Of a stretch of DNA of 32,000 nt, positions 16,236 to 21,577 are shown in pieces. The DNA lies in the NCBI GenBank assembly GCA_023898425.1, contig CP060222.1:810001-842000 (forward strand). Reading direction: 5' to 3'. The position numbers and the translations under genes are program-made. Each line of letters begins with the position of its first letter. The stretch's first letter is position 1. Source of the DNA: Candidatus Saccharimonadota bacterium. GTDB lineage: Bacteria; Patescibacteriota; Patescibacteriia; 2-12-FULL-60-25. The notes beneath the pieces were generated by a model, which did not search any database, was not told the origin of the DNA, and saw only the letters and a list, made by a program, of their open reading frames with translations.

Positions 16236-16583
16236 TTATTTACTACGAGAACCTGTGCGACGTGGCTTTGAAACCGGTGCTCCTGCAACAGGTTTTGTCT
16301 TGCCAATCTTCGGTGCTTTCTCGTCATGAGCGTGATCTGCATGCTCGTGACCAGCGTGGTCGTGGTCATGTGATTTGGTCTTGGCGACAAGCTTGCGCAA
16401 TTTACGTTCGAGACCTTTTACATGAATTTTAATACCATTGTATTCGGTCGCGCCTGGGGCAGCAACGTGCATACGATGAGTACGATTAGCTTTATCTGTG
16501 CTGAGTGCAGGTGCAGTCAACGCAAAGTGTGAAGCGCGACGGCGCTTATGAGATGATGTTCGGCGATGTCCAGGAAGACCCAT
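16236..16583 (-). CDS. rpmF: 50S ribosomal protein bL32 (Cys-less type) with a C-terminal extension of about 60 aa containing a His/Asp-rich tract
   Basis: MGLPGHRRTSSHKRRRASHFAL matches the bL32 N-terminus (MAVPKRRTSKSRR..RRSH). The tail contains SHDHDHAGHEHADHAHDE. Confidence 0.85.
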   Translation of the reverse strand: MGLPGHRRTSSHKRRRASHFALTAPALSTDKANRTHRMHVAAPGATEYNGIKIHVKGLERKLRKLVAKTKSHDHDHAGHEHADHAHDEKAPKIGKTKPVAGAPVSKPRRTGSRSK

Positions 16584-16737
16584 AGTGTTGAGAGATAAAT
16601 TGAATGACGGGATCATAGCCGAACCTACAAAAAAAAGCAACCCCAAAACACTCTAGAAGGGAGATATCGCACAAATATCAGAATAATCGCCTTTGGCTTG
16701 CCAAAAAGCCTACAAATCGGCTATTCTTTGGCCAACT

Positions 16738-17328
16738 ATGGAAAAAACTCTCATCCTCATCAAGCCAGACGGCGTTCAACGCGGTTTGGTCGGTCAAATC
16801 ATCACTCGCCTCGAAACAACAGGCCTTAAGCTCGTCGCCATGAAAATGGTTCACCCTTCACACGAAGATGTTGATCGCCATTATCAAATGACCGAGGAGT
16901 GGATGCAAACCGTCTACACCAAGGCAAAAGCAAAATATGACGCAAATGGTGAAGTATTTCCATTTGCTGATCACAAAGCTTACGGTGGCGAAATCAAACG
17001 GGGTTTAGTCGATTTTCTTAAGTCATCCCCTGTGGTCGCACTCGTTCTTGAAGGCGAGATGGCCGTAAGCCTCGTGCGCAAACTTGTTGGCGCAACCGAG
17101 CCTGCCTCTTCTGCTCCAGGCACGATTCGTGGAGACTTTTCACATGATACTTACGCACTCGCAAACTCCCAAGGTCGCCCATTGCGTAACTTGATTCACG
17201 CATCCGGTACTATTGAAGAAGCCGACAACGAAATCAAAATCTGGTTCACTGATACCGAGCTTTACGCTTATGAGCACGTCAATGATCGTGTTCAATACGA
17301 TCCTAAATGGTTCTTGCCAACAGCATAA
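16738..17328 (+). CDS. ndk: nucleoside diphosphate kinase (196 aa, with an internal insertion)
   Basis: MEKTLILIKPDGVQRGLVGQIITRLE, and the active-site region NLIHASGT (NxxHxS motif). Confidence 0.88.
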   Translation: MEKTLILIKPDGVQRGLVGQIITRLETTGLKLVAMKMVHPSHEDVDRHYQMTEEWMQTVYTKAKAKYDANGEVFPFADHKAYGGEIKRGLVDFLKSSPVVALVLEGEMAVSLVRKLVGATEPASSAPGTIRGDFSHDTYALANSQGRPLRNLIHASGTIEEADNEIKIWFTDTELYAYEHVNDRVQYDPKWFLPTA

Positions 17329-17334
17329 ACAAAC

Positions 17335-17364
17335 AAAACCCCTCCTTTTAAAAGGAGGGGTTTT
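17335..17364 (+). terminator. intrinsic terminator after ndk
   Basis: AAAACCCCTCC-TTTTAAAA-GGAGGGGTTTT. Confidence 0.75.
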
Positions 17365-17383
17365 ACGCTATTCTATCATCACT

Positions 17384-18124
17384 ATGTATCCACCAGACGC
17401 AGACTACCGCCCGCTGGAGGAACGATTGGGACACACATTCAGTGACCGCTCGTTCCTCCTGCAGGCCCTCACCCATCGTTCTTATCTGAACGAAAACACC
17501 GATCACACCTTTCCTCATAACGAACGCCTAGAATTTTTAGGTGACGCTGTGCTTGAGCTCATTGTGACTGAGCACTTGTATAAAACGTATGAAAATGACG
17601 AAGGCGATTTAACTAATTGGCGGGCCGCACTTGTTAATGCAAAGACATTAGCTGGCATTGCACGCGGACTTGAGTTTGAAGACTATATCTTGATGTCCAA
17701 AGGTGAGGCACGTGACAAAGATGGCAAGGCGCGCATGTATATTCTTGCAAATGCTATCGAAGCTATTATCGGTGCTATCTATCTTGATGGAGGTATGGTT
17801 GCCGCCGAAAAGTTCATACACTCATGCATCTTGAGTCAACTGAAAGAAATTCTTGAATTTGAGCTCTATGTGGATCCTAAAAGCAAGTTTCAAGAGACCT
17901 CGCAAGAACTCTTAGGTATTACACCAACGTATAAAGTACTAGAAGAAGTCGGGCCAGATCATCTTAAAGAGTTCACTATAGGTGTTTTCTTGGACAAAGA
18001 CTTGGTTGCCGTTGGCAAAGGTACCTCTAAGCAAGAAGCTCAGGTTGCCGCCGCCGAAGCTGGACTCGAGGCTAAGCAATGGCGCACAAGACGTACACGC
18101 GAGGCGCCAAAAGAGGCTAAGTAG
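17384..18124 (+). CDS. rnc: ribonuclease III (246 aa)
   Basis: Signature ERLEFLGDAVLE plus a C-terminal dsRBD. ATG at 17384; the ORF-track start at 17213 overlaps ndk. Confidence 0.92.
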   Translation: MYPPDADYRPLEERLGHTFSDRSFLLQALTHRSYLNENTDHTFPHNERLEFLGDAVLELIVTEHLYKTYENDEGDLTNWRAALVNAKTLAGIARGLEFEDYILMSKGEARDKDGKARMYILANAIEAIIGAIYLDGGMVAAEKFIHSCILSQLKEILEFELYVDPKSKFQETSQELLGITPTYKVLEEVGPDHLKEFTIGVFLDKDLVAVGKGTSKQEAQVAAAEAGLEAKQWRTRRTREAPKEAK

Positions 18125-18135
18125 AGCCAAATAAT

Positions 18136-18210
18136 CCCTTCCTCTTTCTTTGAGAAAGAAGGGCAACCGATTCAGATTCAGACCTCCCTCTTCTTTCCCA
18201 AAGAAGAGGG
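18136..18210. repeat. two tandem, mutually similar hairpins (CCCTTCcTCTTTCTT..AAAGAAGGG and CCCTCTTCTTT-CCC-AAAGAAGAGGG)
   Basis: The second is a perfect 11-bp stem (18186-18210). A GATTCA GATTCA tandem lies between them (18169-18180). Confidence 0.55.
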
Positions 18211-18233
18211 AATGAGGGAGATGATTCATATGT

Positions 18234-18273
18234 AAAACCACTTATTGACAAAATAGGTGGTTTTTGCTACTAT
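18234..18273 (+). promoter_or_regulatory. rnc terminator hairpin whose loop carries the -35 of the next promoter: TTGACA (18245-18250), 17 nt, TACTAT (18268-18273)
   Basis: AAAACCACTTAT-TGACAAA-ATAGGTGGTTTTT. The 12-mer ATTGACAAAATA lies at 18244-18255. Confidence 0.6.
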
Positions 18274-18355
18274 GTCTGGGCATTTCAAAGGCACTGTTGC
18301 TTTTGCGATACGTTCTTCCACATATAAAGGAGGCCGGCAATAGCCGGTAAGGTAC

Positions 18356-19234
18356 ATGAACGACACGAACAACTCCGCCCTGAGCCTGACCAGCATCGAA
18401 AACCGCAAGGCCGCCCTCGAGGCGCGAGCAGAAGAGCTCAAGCAGAAGAAGCTCAGCGCCATCCAGAAGGCGCTGCAGCCGCCGCCCCCGAAGGTCATCC
18501 CGAAGCCTGCACCACCCAAGATGGTGAAGTGCAAGGATGAGGAATGTCAGCTCGAAGGAGGGCTCTTCGTGCCCGCCAAGGCGAGCTACAAGATCTGTCC
18601 GGCCTGCGCTCGGCGTAGGCAGGAGATCGCCAAGGCCAAGCGCGAAGAAGAGCGCAAGGCCAAAGAGGAGCTCCGCAAGCTCGAGAAGGATCTCGAGAAG
18701 CAAGAGCAGCTCCTGCAAGACTTCGAGGCTGGCAACGGCAAGGCGCTTCTCTGCGTCACGCCGGGCTGCGAAACAATCGAGGCCCCAGGCAAGGGGTACA
18801 ACCCCGACTGGGAGTTCCACTGCTTCAAGTGCCGGGAGGAATTCCGGCAGAAGAGGCATCTGATGCCGAAAGCGGCTCCCTGGAGCACGCCGGCGCAGCA
18901 GGCCGCGCCTCCTATCAAGCCCAAGAAGGAGCTCTCGGAGACTCAGGCCCGCAAGGACCTGAAGGCTTCGGCCGCCGAGGCCTACATCGCGGGCAACCCG
19001 TTGCCCGCCGGTGTCACGATGCACCATCAGGTCGATCGTCAGATCATCCTGAAGTTCGTGGGCGAGAACGGTGAGAAGGACTTCTTCCACAAGTTCTTCT
19101 TGCCCATCGGCGACGAAGAGAAGCGTGCCAACAAGGCCGCTTCCAACAAGCGGCGCCTCGAGAATCGGCAGCGCATCGCCGATGAGCCCAAGGGCTCGAA
19201 GAAGGACGCCAAGAACAAGGGCAAGCGGAAGTAG
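18356..19234 (+). CDS. hypothetical Lys-rich protein with two C-x4-C-x16/17-C-x2-C zinc-ribbon modules (292 aa), encoded at anomalously high GC
   Basis: Own promoter, AAAGGAGG, and terminator. Cys motifs CKDEEC..CPAC and CVTPGC..CFKC. 53 of the first 60 codons end in G/C. 40 AAG against 2 AAA. Confidence 0.8.
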   Translation: MNDTNNSALSLTSIENRKAALEARAEELKQKKLSAIQKALQPPPPKVIPKPAPPKMVKCKDEECQLEGGLFVPAKASYKICPACARRRQEIAKAKREEERKAKEELRKLEKDLEKQEQLLQDFEAGNGKALLCVTPGCETIEAPGKGYNPDWEFHCFKCREEFRQKRHLMPKAAPWSTPAQQAAPPIKPKKELSETQARKDLKASAAEAYIAGNPLPAGVTMHHQVDRQIILKFVGENGEKDFFHKFFLPIGDEEKRANKAASNKRRLENRQRIADEPKGSKKDAKNKGKRK

Positions 19235-19263
19235 CCTCCTACTCCCCACCCTATTACCTACCT

Positions 19264-19306
19264 GAACCCGCTCGACATCACTGTCTTGAGCGGGTTCTTT
19301 ATTTTC
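19264..19306 (+). terminator. intrinsic terminator of the GC-rich gene
   Basis: GAACCCGCTC (19264-19273) pairs with GAGCGGGTTC (19288-19297), followed by TTTATTTT. Confidence 0.75.
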
Positions 19307-19412
19307 TCATATTTTTACAATAGCCTATTGACCATCCTCTCAAAACATCGTAGCGTCGATTTTGTTCGATACCGAACCTTATCGTCATACATCCAAAGAG
19401 GCACGGTAAATC

Positions 19413-19730
19413 ATGGGAGATCTTGGCGAAATTCGCTGCAGCAATAACACTTGCAGACAATTCCATTCTCCAAAAAAACTTCTACCGAACGGAAAAAGCT
19501 ACTGCAATTTGTGCAGAAGAAAACACTTTCAAGCGAAATCACCAACACATCGTACACAAACCCTTGCGACGCCAATTGACCTCTACATAGAAGCAGTGAA
19601 GCGACTTATCGAACTCAGTATGCCGCTACCATCAGACGTCATCTATACATATGATCCGCTGACACGCCGTGGTCATATCAAAATCGACAGCGAGTCCTTT
19701 GGTAGAGCAGAATCACCTTTTAATCCCTGA
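19413..19730 (+). CDS. hypothetical single zinc-ribbon protein (105 aa), paralog of the GC-rich gene at native GC
   Basis: CSNNTC-x16-CNLCRRKHFQ has the same spacing and flank as the two modules in 18356-19234. C-terminal PLPSDV..IKID resembles PLPAGV..LKFV. Confidence 0.7.
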   Translation: MGDLGEIRCSNNTCRQFHSPKKLLPNGKSYCNLCRRKHFQAKSPTHRTQTLATPIDLYIEAVKRLIELSMPLPSDVIYTYDPLTRRGHIKIDSESFGRAESPFNP

Positions 19731-19738
19731 TATTTCTC

Positions 19739-19766
19739 TCCCCGTTTTGATGACGGGGATTTTGTT
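19739..19766 (+). terminator. intrinsic terminator
   Basis: TCCCCGT-TTTGATG-ACGGGGA followed by TTTTG. Confidence 0.65.
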
Positions 19767-19770
19767 ATCA

Positions 19771-19798
19771 AAAAACCACCTAATAGGTGGTTTTTTGC
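19771..19798. terminator. bidirectional terminator hairpin abutting the tRNA-Arg 3' end
   Basis: AAAAAACCACCT-AAT-AGGTGGTTTTTT. Near-identical arms to the hairpin at 18234-18266. Confidence 0.7.
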
Positions 19799-19799
19799 G

Positions 19800-19874
19800 T
19801 GGTACGCCCAGAGGGAATCGAACCCCCATAACCGGTTCCGAAGACCGGGACTTTATCCGTTAAGCTATAGGCGC
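19800..19874 (-). tRNA. tRNA-Arg (anticodon UCG), CCA encoded
   Basis: Hand fold: acceptor GCGCCUA/UGGGCGU (two G-U pairs), anticodon arm CCGGU-CUUCGGA-ACCGG, T arm GGGGG-UUCGAUU-CCCUC. 75 nt. Confidence 0.8.
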
Positions 19875-19926
19875 GTTTAAACGTGCGCAGAGCGTATAGG
19901 TTTTTTACGGTTTCATCAAGCGAGAT

Positions 19927-19956
19927 GATTGACAAAATAACATTTTATTGTTAATG
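19927..19956 (+). promoter_or_regulatory. sigma70-like promoter: -35 TTGACA (19928-19933), 17 nt, -10 TAATGA
   Basis: Third copy of the 12-mer ATTGACAAAATA (19927-19938). Confidence 0.5.
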
Positions 19957-19991
19957 ACAGTAAGCAATTTTGCACCTTTGAAAGGAACCAC

Positions 19992-20597
19992 ATGTCAGTA
20001 GAACGTGTCTCTCAAATGCCTCTGCATGCCGCAACGATCTATACGAAAGAAGCGTTTGATCAATACGTGTCAGAAGCACGATCGCGCCCTGATTATCAAG
20101 AACCTTTCGCTTTTGCGATAGGTATCGCAACGTTAGACGAGAGTGGCGTCGTCATCGACATGTGGCATCCTACCATCAACACAACGATTGACGGGGTTTT
20201 GCAAAACAAAGGCTCAGCCGTCGTTTTTGCAGATGCCGTTGGTTATAAGGGTGGCAATAAGTGCTATATCTTGAATTATGCGGATACGCTCACCATTGGT
20301 GCGCGTTTTCATCCCTTCATCAAGGATGATATCCGCAACACGATTCAACAACACCCAAATATCGATGCAGCTTTTAAAGCGAGTCTTGTGCTTTTGTATC
20401 AAGACGACCAAAAAGATTATATCTACAAACCAACGCTGACTCTGCTGAGCGACATTGATGACAGCACTGCTTCGCTAGCAGATAGATGGCTAGTAGAGAG
20501 AATCAAAAATAACGATACTACAGACAAACCTCTTGTTGATCTATCGCTGTATAAGAGCTCTCCAAGTAGAGACCTCTACAAAAAACTCAAAGGCTGA
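19992..20597 (+). CDS. hypothetical protein (201 aa); N-terminal region resembles the N-terminal domain of actinobacterial-type DapD
   Basis: AFAIGIATLDESGVVIDMWHP compared with M. tuberculosis DapD AAGIGLATLAADGSVLDTWFP, which I recalled from memory. No LbH acyltransferase repeats are present. Confidence 0.55.
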   Translation: MSVERVSQMPLHAATIYTKEAFDQYVSEARSRPDYQEPFAFAIGIATLDESGVVIDMWHPTINTTIDGVLQNKGSAVVFADAVGYKGGNKCYILNYADTLTIGARFHPFIKDDIRNTIQQHPNIDAAFKASLVLLYQDDQKDYIYKPTLTLLSDIDDSTASLADRWLVERIKNNDTTDKPLVDLSLYKSSPSRDLYKKLKG

Positions 20598-20616
20598 TTT
20601 TTATCCGTCATTCCAC

Positions 20617-20641
20617 ACGCCATGCCTTACATGGCGTTTTC
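20617..20641 (+). terminator. intrinsic terminator
   Basis: ACGCCATG-CCTTA-CATGGCGT followed by TTTT. Confidence 0.65.
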
Positions 20642-21575
20642 TATTTCCAAAATCCCGTGATATAGCTGGTTGTATTTGCTTGATCGTTTGTATAATCCGT
20701 TGAAATTTTCTGTTGAGAAAGATGCCAAGTTGGATTCTTTAAAGCACGGAGTAGCAATGATACCTGAACACCGCTATCAATATAATCATCAGAAGCTGTG
20801 GCAAAAATGTAGCATTATTTTCGTCTAATGCCTTAAGTGTTATTTGATCATTAATGAGTGCCTGCTCTTTATCAAGGTAATGCGACATGTCAGCCGAGAT
20901 CAATACCATTGTTTTAGAATCTTGAAGCACCTTTTCTAGCCACTTAATAAAAAGATCTGCGTCTTCCTCGGATATACGTCCTTTTACTGTTACTGGCAGG
21001 ATTTCCACGTCAGGAAACTCATGCGCGTAAAATGGAATAAGGGCCGCAATGCCATGCTCCTTTAAAAAAACCGCTTGTTCAAAACCCATAACAGGAACTT
21101 CTTGGCGTAATTGATTTAACAATATTTCATTTGTTTTTATCGTAACGCTGCTGGTTTCATAACTTGGATTTGCCGTTGTTATCGAATGCGCTCCACGATA
21201 AAAATGATCAGGCGAAATAATCACGATCGTCTCAATGTCTGGACGACATTTTTTTAATAGTCGTGCACTTTGCGCGATTAAGTCCGCGGCCAACGCGTGA
21301 TGATTTACGATCCCCGCACGAAATGAATAACACTCCATCAATGGGGCATTCGTAGCAAACGCTTGTCGAACACGATCTTCTGCAACAAATGGTTTTGTCT
21401 GTACAACAAAAGGTTTTTCTATCGCTTCATCAAAAGCAAATTGATAAGGAATAACGCCTTGTTTCTGCGAAGCACTCTTTTTTGGCGCTTGAGGCAAGAA
21501 TTGGAGCATCACAATAACCGCGACCACCAAGGCCGCGGTTATACATGCGATAATGATTTTTCGTGTTTTGCTCAT
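20641..21575 (-). pseudogene. Memo-like / AmmeMemoRadiSam system protein B family gene, interrupted by a 1-nt frameshift in a homopolymer
   Basis: Motifs GIVNHH, ISPDHF, KEHGIAALIPF, ISADMSHY. After the T5 run (plus-strand A5 at 20803-20807) the -1 frame continues as FATASDDYIDSGVQVSLLLRAL...TTSYITGFWK* (stop at 20641-20643). That looks like the genuine family C-terminus. Confidence 0.7.
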
Positions 21576-21577
21576 TC

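Noticed and set aside
16584-17383. Longer ORF-track starts for rpmF (16646), ndk (16693) and rnc (17213).
   Set aside because: The conserved N-termini (MGLPGHRRTS, MEKTLILIKPDG, MYPPD..LEERLGHTF) begin at internal ATGs. The rnc extension overlaps ndk and its terminator.
18242-19249. 335-aa antisense ORF, plus several other 60-112 aa ORFs in all frames across the GC-rich block (18537-18863, 18586-18924, 18829-19074, 19039-19224, 19071-19265).
   Set aside because: Open frames in every phase are expected when GC3 is near 90%, because stop-codon complements become rare. The antisense product is Leu/Arg/Gly-rich mirror-image low complexity, runs into the sense promoter, and has no RBS or terminator. 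The sense gene has a promoter, SD, terminator and Cys motifs shared with its neighbour. Dual coding cannot be formally excluded without Ribo-seq or proteomics.
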